From Eledone cirrhosa (taxonomy: Eukaryota): DNA of 64,000 nucleotides. The stretch spans positions 15,500,001 through 15,564,000 of the forward strand of contig OZ024758.1 of assembly GCA_964016885.1 (NCBI GenBank), written 5' to 3'. A model generated the notes under the pieces. It saw only the letters and a program-made list of their open reading frames with translations, searched no databases and was not told the origin of the DNA. Every line of letters starts with the position of its first letter. Positions within the stretch are counted from its first letter, which is position 1. A program made the position numbers and the translations under genes. Shown in pieces: positions 52,987 to 64,000 of the stretch.

Positions 52987-54860
52987 AATACATACATAGA
53001 TACATATATATATAAATACATACATACATAGATATATATATATATATAAATACATACATAGATACATATATATATAAATACATACATACATAGATATATA
53101 TATATATATAAATACATACATACATAGATACATATATATATAAATACATACATACATAGATACATATATATATAAATACATACATACATATATATATAAA
53201 TACATACATACATACATACATAGATATATATATATATATAAATACATACATACATACATACATAGATATATATATATATATATAAATACATACATACATA
53301 CATACATAGATATATATATATATAAATACATACATACATACATACATAGATATATATATATATAAATACATACATACATACATACATAGATATATATATA
53401 TATAAATACATACATACATACATACATAGATATATATATATATAAATACATACATACATACATAGATATATATATATATAAATACATACATACATACATA
53501 CATAGATATATATATATATAAATACATACATACATACATACATAGATATATATATATATAAATACATACATACATACATACATAGATATATATATATATA
53601 AATACATACATACATACATACATAGATGTATATATATATAAATACATACATACATACATACATAGATATATATATATATATTATCCGAACAGCGATGTTG
53701 CATGGTAGTGAGACCTGGGCGCTGAAGGTGGAAGACCTACGTAGATTAGAGAGAAACGAAGCCTGCATGCTCCGATGGATGTGTAACAGTAATATACGTG
53801 AACGACAAAGCATAAATGAATTGAGAGAGAGACTGAGCATAAGAGGAATCAAATGCTGCGTGCAGGAGAGGCGGTTACGCTGGTATGGACATGTGATGCG
53901 TATGAAGGATGACAGCTGCATAAAAAGGTGCAGAGCACTAGAAGTTGATGGAAACCGCGGAGTGGGGAGACCCAAGATGACTTGGGATGAGGTGATAAAA
54001 GCCGACCTTACCCAACTACACCTCTCAAAGTCAATGACACACGACCGTGACTTCTGGCGTCACGCAGTAATACAGGGTACCCGACCTCCCATGGGTACAT
54101 GCTGAAGCATATAAACAATATGCCCCCCCCCCCCCACCGCAAGGTGGCCGTGGAGGTGCCACGGCAAAAAAGCACCCAGCCCACACTGTAAAGTGGACGT
54201 GTAGGCGCCACGAAAAAGCACCCAGCACTCACTGTAAATGAGGTTGGTGTTAGGAAGGGCATCCAGCTGTAGAAATCAAGCCAGATCAGTTCCTGTATGA
54301 GCAAGGCATGGTCAGCCGACCAGACACTGCCCACAACAGGACAACCCGTCTAACCCATGCTAGCGTGGAAGAACGGACGTAAAACGGTGATGATGATGAT
54401 GATGATGATGATAAATACATACATACATACATAGATATATATATATATATAAATACATACATACATACATACATAGATATATATATATATAAATACATAC
54501 ATACATACATAGATATATATATATATAAATACATACATACATACATACATACATAGATATATATATATATAAATACATACATACATACATACATACATAG
54601 ATATATATATATATAAATACATACATACATACATACATAGATATATATATATATAAATACATACATACATACATACATAGATATATATATATATAAATAC
54701 ATACATACATACATACATAGATATATATATATATAAATACATACATACATACATACATACATACATACATAGATATATATATATATAAATACATACATAC
54801 ATAGATATATATATATATAAATACATACATACATACATACATAGATATATATATATATAA

Positions 54861-54893
<33 letters not shown>

Positions 54894-55076
54894 TATATAA
54901 ATACATACATACATACATACATACATAGATATATATATATATAAATAAATACATACATACATACATACATAGATATATATATATATAAATACATACATAC
55001 ATACATACATAGATATATATATATATAAATACATACATACATACATACATAGATATATATATATATAAATACATAC

Positions 55077-55107
<31 letters not shown>

Positions 55108-55188
55108 AATACATACATACATACATACATAGATATATATATATATAAATACATACATACATACATACATAGATATATATATATATAA

Positions 55189-55255
<67 letters not shown>

Positions 55256-55438
55256 CATACATACATATATATATAAATACATACATACATAGATACATAT
55301 ATATATAAATACATACATACATACATATATATATAAATACATACATACATAGATACATATATATATAAATACATACATACATAGATACATATATATATAT
55401 AAATACATACATACATAGATACATATATATATAAATAC

Positions 55439-55470
<32 letters not shown>
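52843..55470. repeat. Compound (TA)n/(TACA)n satellite with ~30-bp period, split by the RTE insertion at 53680-54411
   Basis: Unit gatatatatatatataaatacatacatacatacata on both sides of the LINE. Confidence 0.9.
53680..54411 (+). mobile_element. RTE LINE 3' fragment (third subfamily)
   Basis: [26 protein letters not shown]...GRPKMTW, then UTR and (GAT)n tail. Confidence 0.9.
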
Positions 55471-55671
55471 TAATATAAGCAACTATTGCATCAAGAAATG
55501 TCAACGTGAAGGAGATTATAAATTTATTTGCTTTAACATATGTTTCTCTGTCTATTATAATTGTCTACATATGCTGACTACAATATATATTGCTCAATCA
55601 TATGTAATACTTAATTATTTATTACACTTCATCAGAAAGCCTATAGTAGTGGAATTCAACTATTCACTATG

Positions 55672-56142
55672 CTTACACACTTACACCTTTTTAAGACAAT
55701 GTCACTGGATCTTTGGCGCCACACAGTAATACAGAAGACCCGCATTCCCTATGTGCAAAGTTAACCTACAGTTAGTAGGCACCTCTTAACCAAATATATA
55801 CGCCAACCCACTACCCCTACTCCATCTTCCCACTTCCACTGACATCATCCTTTCTCTGTAAAGTGATGTCGGTACCACAACATCCAGTCCAAACTAAAGA
55901 GGTTGTGTAGGTGTCACGACAAAAGAAACACACAGTCCACGCTGTAAAGTGGTCATGTAGGAGTCCACACTGTAAATGTGATTGGTGTTAGGAAGGGCAT
56001 CCAGTTGTAGAAAACCTGCCAGACAGTCCTATACGAGCGAGACACGGTCACCCGACCAATCTTCAGGTGGGACAATTCCCGTCTAACTCATGCTAGCATG
56101 GAAGATGGACGTTAAACGATGATGATGATTGATGATGATGAT
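55672..56142 (+). mobile_element. RTE LINE extreme 3' end and UTR
   Basis: cttacacc...aagacaatgtcactgga...gaagacccgc, followed by the UTR motif aggaagggcatccag and a (GAT)n tail. Confidence 0.75.
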
Positions 56143-56173
56143 ACACACAGACGCACATATATATCTACATGGT

Positions 56174-56278
56174 ATGCTGAAAACACCAGATTCTCGTCCG
56201 TTCACTGAAGTTAAGCAACATCGAGCCTAGTTAGTACTTAGATGGGTGATCGCTTGGGAACCCTAGGTGCTGTAAGCA
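56174..56278 (+). pseudogene. 5S rRNA pseudogene, 5'-truncated
   Basis: gctgaaaacacc..ttctcgtccg.tcac.gaagttaagcaac.tcgagcctagttagtactt.gatgggtga.cgcttgggaaccctaggtgctgtaagca matches metazoan 5S; the first ~15 nt are missing and several transitions are present. Confidence 0.88.
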
Positions 56279-56290
56279 TTTACTGCTAAT

Positions 56291-56638
56291 GGAGGCACAT
56301 GGCTTAGTGGTTAGAGCACTGGCCTTGCAATTGAAAGGTTGTGAGTTCAATTCTCAGACCGGGTAATGTGTTGTTTCCTTGAGAAAGACACTTTATTTCA
56401 CATTGCTCCAGTTCACTCAGCTGTAGAAATGAGATGATAGGGGCTGGGGTTCCTATCATTCCACTGCAAAGTGGTCGTGGAGGTGCCACGGCAAAAAAGC
56501 ACCCAGCACTCACTATAAATGAGGTTGGTGTTAGGAAGGGCATCCAGCTGTAGAAATCAAGCCAGAATCAGTTCCCGTCCCACCCTTGCAAGCAGGGAAA
56601 AAGCGGACATAAAATGAAATGATGTTGATGATGATGAT
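56291..56638 (+). mobile_element. SINE family B copy
   Basis: Near-identical to 17962-18312. Confidence 0.85.
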
Positions 56639-56954
56639 GGCTGCAACTCGATTTTGAGTAATGCCGTCGCTTGAAACTTAAGCATGAGCATCCTGGATGT
56701 GGCTTTTAGTCCTGCTAGGGACTAACCTATGGTCAACAATACCCTGTATCTCAAAAGACTGTCACGTATCAAGTGATGCCTGTGCTTGAAGCTTTTTTAA
56801 GTGAGGAAAGGCTTTACATGGGGCCAATCCCACTCTGAACATCGAATGCATTTACCCCAAAAGAACTGGTCTACATTAATGGATGCAAATTTAGTCACAG
56901 GTTTTATATCAGAGTGACCTTCTATATATATATGTGTGTATACACAAACATATA

Positions 56955-57302
56955 TCATCATCATCATTTCATCATTTCATTTTATGTCCACTTTTCCCTG
57001 CTTGCAAGGGTGGGACGGGAACTGATTCTGGCTTGATTTCTACAGCTGGATGCCCTTCCTAACACCAACCTCATTTACAGTGAGTGCTGGGTGCTTTTTT
57101 GCCGTGGCACCTCCACGACCACTTTGCAGTGGAATGATAGGGACTCCAGTCCCTATCATCTCATTTCTACAGCTGAGTAAACTGGAGCAATGTGAAATAA
57201 AGTGTCTTGCTCAAGGAAACAACACATCACCCGGTCTGAGAATTGAACTCACAACCTTTCGATTGCAAGGCCAATGCTCTAACCACTAAGCCATGTGCCT
57301 CC
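56955..57302 (-). mobile_element. SINE family B copy, inverted relative to 56291-56638
   Basis: Reverse complement of family B. Confidence 0.85.
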
Positions 57303-57484
57303 ATATATAGATATATTACCAATATATCCATATATAGATATATTACCAATATATCCATATACATTCTATATATATACAAATATACCTGAATATATACTTG
57401 TGTATGACCATAAGTATGTATTCATGTATGTATGTATATACACACACACATGATATATATGCTTCTACCTATATGTATATATTG

Positions 57485-58622
57485 AAGGAAGGGGTGATGA
57501 CGTCACGCACTAGAGATGACTGAGGAAGGAAGGGGTGATGACGTCACGCACTAGAGATGACTGAGGAAGGAAGGGGTGATGACGTCACACACTAGAGATG
57601 ACTGAGGAAGGAAGGGGTGATGACGTCACACACTAGAGATGACTGAGGAAGGAAGGGGTGATGACGTCACGCACTAGAGATGACTGAGGAAGGAAGGGGT
57701 GATGACGTCACACACTAGAGATGACTGAGGAAGGAAGGGGTGATGACGTCACACACTAGAGATGACTGAGGAAGGAAGGGGTGATGACGTCACGCACTAG
57801 AGATGACTGAGGAAGGAAGGGGTGATGACGTCACACACTAGAGATGGCTGAGGAAGGAAAGGGTGATGACGTCACGCACTAGAGATGACTGAGGAAGGAA
57901 GGGGTGATGACGTCACGCACTAGAGATGACTGAGGAAGGAAGGGGTGATGATGTCACGCACTAGAGATGACTGAGGAAGGGGTGATGACGTCACACACTA
58001 GAGATGACTGAGGAAGGAAGGGGTGATGATGTCACGCACTAGAGATGACTGAGGAAGGGGTGATGACGTCACACACTAGAGATGACGTAGAAAGGAAGGA
58101 GTGATGACGTCACGCACTAGAGATGACTGAGGAAGGAAGGGGTGATGACGTCACACACTAGAGATGACTGAGGAAAGAGGTGATGACGTCACACACTAGA
58201 GATGACTGAGGAAGGGGTGATGACGTCACACACTAGAGATGACGTAGAAAGGAAGGAGTGATGACGTCACGCACTAGAGATGACTGAGGAAGGAAGGGGT
58301 GATGACGTCACGCACTAGAGATGACTGAGGAAGGAAGGGGTGATGATGTCACGCACTAGAGATGACTGAGGAAGGGGTGATGACGTCACACACTAGAGAT
58401 GACGTAGAAAGGAAGGAGTGATGACGTCACACACTAGAGATGACTGAGGAAGGAAGGGGTGATGACGTCACACACTAGAGATGACTGAGGAAGGAAGGGG
58501 TGATGACGTCACGCACTAGAGATGACTGAGGAAGGAAGGGGTGATGACGTCACACACTAGAGATGACTGAGGAAAGAGGTGATGACGTCACACACTAGAG
58601 ATGACTGAGGAAGGGGTGATGA
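57485..58622. repeat. 41-bp minisatellite containing TGACGTCA
   Basis: Unit gaaggaaggggtgatgacgtcac(g/a)cactagagatgactgag, about 28 copies. Confidence 0.95.
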
Positions 58623-58874
58623 CAAACGACAGAAAACAGTGCCTAACATGTATGTCTGCATGAGTGCATATTTTTGTAAGTGTGTCTGGGTTTGTGCATT
58701 TATATTTACACACTCATACATGCGTTAACATGTAGAAAAAAGTTGTAGTTAGTAAAAACAACAGTAATTTCTTTTAATTTAAAGTTTATTTAAATCAATA
58801 AAATTTCATTTAAATTACTAAAAGAAATGAAACATGAACAGAACCACAATACTGAGGATATTGGTTGATTATCA

Positions 58875-59228
58875 TTAAACATATATAATGAGCCACTTAT
58901 ATCCCAGAGAAATAGTTGACATTTAAACATATAATGAGCCACTTATATCCCACAGAAATAGTTGACATTTAAATATATGATGGACCACTTATATCCCAGA
59001 GAAATAGTTGACATTTAAACATATGATATGCCACTTATAATCCAGAGAAATAGTTGACATTTAAACAAATATGATGGACCACTTATATCCCAGAAAACGA
59101 TGGCCACTTATATCCCACAGAAATAGTTGACATTTAAATATATATGATGGACCACTTATATCCCAGAAAAATAGTTGACATTTAAACATATGATGGACTA
59201 CTTATATCCCACAGAAATAGTTGACATT
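58875..59228. repeat. ~46-bp minisatellite
   Basis: Unit ccacttatatcccagagaaatagttgacatttaaacatatgatg, about 7-8 copies. Confidence 0.88.
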
Positions 59229-59804
59229 CTTTCCTTTGGATTTATTCCTGCAAAAGCATGTCTTCTATTCTTAATTATTTGAATCACAGTAAAATTATTG
59301 TTTCTACATTTGGCACAAGGCCAGCAATTATCCCAGTGCATTACTGGTACTTTATTTTATTGACCCCGTAAGGATGAAAGGCAAAGTTAACCTCAGCGGG
59401 ATTTGAACTGAGAACGCAAAGGACCGTAACGCTGTGCCACGAAGCATGGTGTCCGACGCTCTACTGATTCTGGGGTTTCGTTTTCTATTGCTGATACTGT
59501 CTGTTGGTTGCAATTCCTGACAGAAGGATTCACCGTTCTGATGATAGAAGGATGTGGTGGGATGTGAATTCAGAACACATACAGGGACAGAACAGATATA
59601 GCAAGGCACCCCACCTCATCCAACACTGTGACAACCCACTTCCACTCCCAGGACTGGTACTTTATTTATCAATCCCGAGAGAATGAAAGATGACCTTAGT
59701 AGGGTTTGAACTGACAGCACACAGAGAACTGGAACAAATACCAAGGTATGCAATCTGATGCTCTGACACTCTGCCAATTCACCACATGCTTATATCTAAA
59801 GTCT

Positions 59805-60075
59805 GTCTTAAGCCAGAAGACTCATTTGGCTGGTGCTTACCTCGGTTTCATGGTGTGAAGCGACAGAGTACAAGACTCTCCCCTGAACAGGACGCCAGTC
59901 CATCGCAGGGTTAAACCCCCAGCTATTGCTGGTACTCATTTTCAGCTGAGTATACTGGAGCAACAGGAAATGAAGTGTTTTGCTCAAGAACACAACACAC
60001 AACCCAGCCCAGGAATTGAACCCACAACATTACGATCCTAAGTCCAACACCCTTACCACTGGGCCATGTGCCTTC
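59805..60075 (-). mobile_element. Older tRNA/CORE-type SINE; related copies at 7640-7830 (+) and 62355-62760 (-)
   Basis: On the minus strand: ggcacatggcccagtggtaagggtg head, gggttcaattcc B-box, ttgagcaaaacacttcatttc body. Confidence 0.65.
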
Positions 60076-60104
60076 ACCTTTTTTATTTATATATATATAT
60101 GTAA

Positions 60105-60297
60105 TAATTGTTTCTACTTTTGGCACAAGGCCAGCAATTACCCAGTGTATTACTGGTACTTTATTTTATTGAGCCCGTAAGGATGAAAAGCAAAGTTAAC
60201 CTCAGCGGGATTTGAACTCAGAATGGCAAGGGCCATAACTCTATGCATCAAAGCATGGCGTCCGACCCTCTACCGATACTGCCAATCCACTGCCCTT
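60105..60297 (-). mobile_element. SINE family A, minus-strand copy
   Basis: Reverse complement of the family A consensus; other minus copies near 35287, 37640, 39595, 50135, 59295 and 63420. Confidence 0.85.
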
Positions 60298-61049
60298 AGT
60301 CCAGTATAACATATAATACTATTCAAATATTATATATATTACTGAAGCATATAGACAATATGCTCCTACACCCTCCCACTGTAAAGTGGTCGTGGAGGCG
60401 CCACGGCAAAAAAGCACCCAGCCCACACTGTAAAGTGGTCGTGGAGGCGCCACGGAAAAAAAGCACCCAGCACTCACTGTAAATGAGGTTGGTGTTAGGA
60501 AGGGTCCAGCTGTAGAAATCAAGCCAGAATCAGTTCCTGTATCAGCAAGACAAGGTCAGCCAACAGGACACTGCCCACAACAGGAAAACCCATCTAACCC
60601 ATGCTAGCATGGAAGAACGGACGTAAAACGGTGATGATGATGATGATTACTGTTAAATATTACATATATTACTAACCAGGGATCTTTAAAATATTTCATC
60701 TCTAGACTACAGAAGTAAATAAAAAGGTTTCAAATTTAATAAGTAACTTTATTTGAATAATAATTTATCACAAACTTTTGAATTGTCAAAATATGATGTT
60801 CAAATATACAATAATAAATTCTTTAAAACACCTTTAAAGCCATTCCACTGGAAATTAGAAATAAAGTAGTTAAAGTGAATCACAGTCAAACATTGTCATC
60901 ATCATCCTAATTTTACGTGTTTCCCATGCTGGTATGGGTTAGACAAGTTGTCATGGTCAGAGTCTAGACTGGTCAGAGAACCACATCTTGCACACGTGTT
61001 CCATAAATGGCTCCACATCTACAGCTGGATATCCTTCCAAGCTCCACTC

Positions 61050-62205
61050 AACTTACAGAGTGTACTGGATGCATTTTATCATGTCACCAGCACTACCACT
61101 TTACAGGGTGTATTGGGAGCATTTTATCATGTCACCAGCGCTACCACTTTACAGAGTGTACTGGGTGTACTCTGTCATGTCACCAGCACTACCACTTTAC
61201 AGGGTGTATTGGGAGCATTATATCATGTCACCAGCGCTACCACTTTACAGAGTGTACTGGGTGTACTCTGTCATGTCACCAGCACTACCACTTTACAGGG
61301 TGTATTGGGAGCATTATATCATGTCACCAGCACTACCACTTTACAGGGTGTATTGGGAGCATTATATCATGTCACCAGCACTACCACTTTACAGGGTGTA
61401 TTGGGAGCATTATATCATGTCACCAGCACTACCACTTTACAGGGTGTATTGGGAGCATTATATCATGTCACCAGCACTACCACTTTACAGGGTGTATTGG
61501 GAGCATTATATCATGTCACCAGCACTACCACTTTACAGGGTGTATTGGGAGCATTATATCATGTCACCAGCACTACCACTTTACAGTGTGTTACTGGGTG
61601 TATTTTATCATGTCACCAGCACTACCACTTAACAGTGTGTTACTGGGTGTATTTTGTCATGTCACCAGCACTACCACTTAACAGTGTGTTACTGGGTGTA
61701 TTTTATCATGTCACCAGCACTACCACTTAACAGTGTGTTACTGGGTGTATTTTGTCATGTCACCAGCACTACCACTTTACAGAGTGTTACTGGGTGTATT
61801 TTATCATGTCACCAGCACTACCACTTTACAGTGTGTTACTGGGTGTATTTTATCATGTCACCAGCACTACCACTTTACAGTGTGTTACTGGGTGTATTTT
61901 GTCATGTCACCAGCACTACCACTTTACAGTGTGTTACTGGGTGTATTTTGTCATGTCACCAGCACTACCACTTTACAGAGTGTTACTGGGTGTATTTTAT
62001 CATGTCACCAGCACTACCACTTTACAGAGTGTTACTGGGTGTATTTTATCATGTCACCAGCACTACCACTTTACAGTGTGTTACTGGGTGTATTTTGTCA
62101 TGTCACCAGCACTACCACTTTACAGAGTGTTACTGGGTGTATTTTATCATGTCACCAGCACTACCACTTAACAGTGTGTTACTGGGTGTATTTTGTCATG
62201 TCACC
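61050..62205. repeat. 48-49-bp tandem array amplified inside an RTE-tail element
   Basis: Unit catgtcaccagcactaccactttacag...ctgggtgtattttat, about 24 copies, preceded by (CAT)n...catgc...catggg-like tail and ctacagctggat. Confidence 0.92.
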
Positions 62206-63204
62206 ATATCTTTCTTTAATATAGTTTTTATTTGCATTGATTGTATTAGCTTTCCCAAAATAATCTTGTCATGTTCTTGCAACTGGTGCTGTCAGTCGTT
62301 GGGGTAATCCAACTAACCACATATTTCATAATGCTTCATATAAACTGTAGCACTTCTAAAGTCTGTCTCGAGCCAGGAGACTGATCAAGCCAGTGCTTAT
62401 TCCAGTGTCTGTGGCATGAAACAACTGAGAGTACAAGACTTCCCCCTGGATAGGACACCAGTCCATCACTGGGTTAAAGTCTGTCTTGAGCCTGGAGCTC
62501 ATTAGGCTGGTGATTATCCATTTTTCCATGGCATGAAGCGACTGAGAGTACATGACTCTGGACAGAATGTCAGTTCATCACAGGGTTAAGTTCTCAGCTT
62601 TTACTGGTACTCATTTCTATTTTTCAGCTGATTACATTGGAGCTATGTGAAATGAAGTGTTTTGCTCAAGAACACAACACACAACCCAGCCCAGGAATCG
62701 AACCTATGGCACCATTATCATAAATCCAACACCCTTACCACTAGGCCACACACCTCCACTTAACCATTTCTTTAGTTCCTTTACCTAGTCTAGTGATGAA
62801 ACTTAAACATAAACACTAAAACCGTTCAATGGCATATCTGAATATCAAATTCTTGAACATCAGATACAAACACCTAAAACATTAGGAATGGAACTGATCA
62901 TTAGATTGAACCAAGGAAACAATGTTTCCATTGATCTTTCCATTGCTGAAACTATCAGTTGCAACTCCTAGCAGGAGGAGGCAGATCACATACCACACAA
63001 TACATCCTGTCTAACTTCTTAACAATTCCACCAATCCACCAACCATGGACCTTTACTTTGTTTATTGACCTGGAAAAGATGAAAGGCAAAGTTGAGGTCG
63101 ATGGGATTTGAACTTAGAGTGCTGTGGGTCAGAACAAATACCAAAGCATTTAACCTGACACCTTTACAACTCTGTTAATTCACCATCTATATAAGCATAT
63201 TCAC

Positions 63205-63575
63205 ACATGATCCCTTAACTCCTGAGGGAGTTGTTGGGGAACTGTAGTGGCACACAGCATTTCTTGGACAATTTTAAACCTGGCAGAACCCATGTCTCCT
63301 CTCCAGGTCTGAACACAGCAGATTTCTTCCAGAGAAGGATAGAGAGAGTGAGAGTGAGAATGGAATAGAGAGAGAGTGAGTGAGAGAATGGAAGTGAGAA
63401 AGAGATATAGAGGAAGAATCAACCCCAGTACTAGACTGGTACTTTTTTTATCGACCTTAAATGGATGAAAGGCAAAGTTGACCCCGGCGGGATTTGAACT
63501 CAGAGATGACAGAGTCAAAATGAATACCACAAGACATTTTATCCAATATTCTAGGGACTCTGCCATTTCACCATC
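63205..63575 (-). mobile_element. Composite SINE A-related element; homologous partial copy at 3290-3535 (+)
   Basis: Both share the SINE core followed by ctctctggaagaaatctgctgt...gccaggtttaaaa.tgtccaagaaa. Confidence 0.65.
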
Positions 63576-64000
63576 CATATAAGCATATAGTAACCATTAA
63601 AAAAAAAACGAAAACATACACATATAATTGTTTCCATCAATAAGAAAATGTTTTTTTAAATATCACCAGGTAAACATCAATGATAAGAGTAATATTGATT
63701 TCTTCTGATTTGGCACAAAGCCAGTTTTGGTATAAAGAATGGATGAACTAACTGGATCGAACTAGTGTAATATTGGAACTTATTTTTTTATCACCAAATA
63801 TGGAAGTGAAAGTCTTTGAAAAGGACTTGAACTTAGAAAAGTTAGATACAAAACTAAATTATGATAAACCATACATCCATACATACACATACATACATAC
63901 AAACATATAAATACAAACATACACATATACATACATACGAACATACACATATACATACATACACATATACATACATACATACATACATACACATACCTGT

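Noticed and set aside
55590-55638. Minus-strand CUGAUGA followed by a good stem II
   Set aside because: The GAAA box and stem III are missing, so it is counted only as a decayed relative and not as a ribozyme.
60948-62307. ORFs of 140-290 aa across tandem arrays (also 18529-19438 and 46049-47138)
   Set aside because: They stay open only because the repeat unit lacks stops; the units derive from a retroelement UTR.

Overview
AT-rich, microsatellite-dense eukaryotic genomic DNA. It is most likely from an octopus or other coleoid cephalopod, inferred from the 5S-derived sequence and the SINE/RTE repertoire. Two spliced + strand genes can be built by hand from canonical GT-AG exons. The first is the last six exons (323-4160) of an unidentified, apparently helical protein. 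The second is a 179-aa four-transmembrane MARVEL-domain protein (CMTM/plasmolipin-like; exons 43807-43929, 49053-49226, 49510-49608, 52548-52691). The rest is mobile and repetitive DNA: a 5'-truncated RTE-clade LINE with an open RT ORF carrying a PHD-like Cys/His finger, many RTE and CR1 3' fragments, two tRNA-derived SINE families, piggyBac/hAT/mariner-type MITEs, a 5S rRNA pseudogene and many minisatellites. The strongest unexplained signal is a set of about a dozen short, sequence-divergent fold-back elements sitting in (TA)n tracts. At least eight of these loci carry recognisable type I hammerhead ribozyme cores (CUGANGA...GAAA...NUH), and most of the elements end in a shared RCTC...GAGY hairpin. 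This architecture matches Penelope-like element pLTR relics or non-autonomous ribozyme retroelements. Two of the hammerheads lie in sense orientation in the last intron of the MARVEL gene. Also notable are a 41-bp minisatellite with 25 perfect CRE sites and a tRNA-like cloverleaf enclosed by a 16-bp inverted repeat. All coordinates and base-pairings were read by eye; no searches or folding programs were run.
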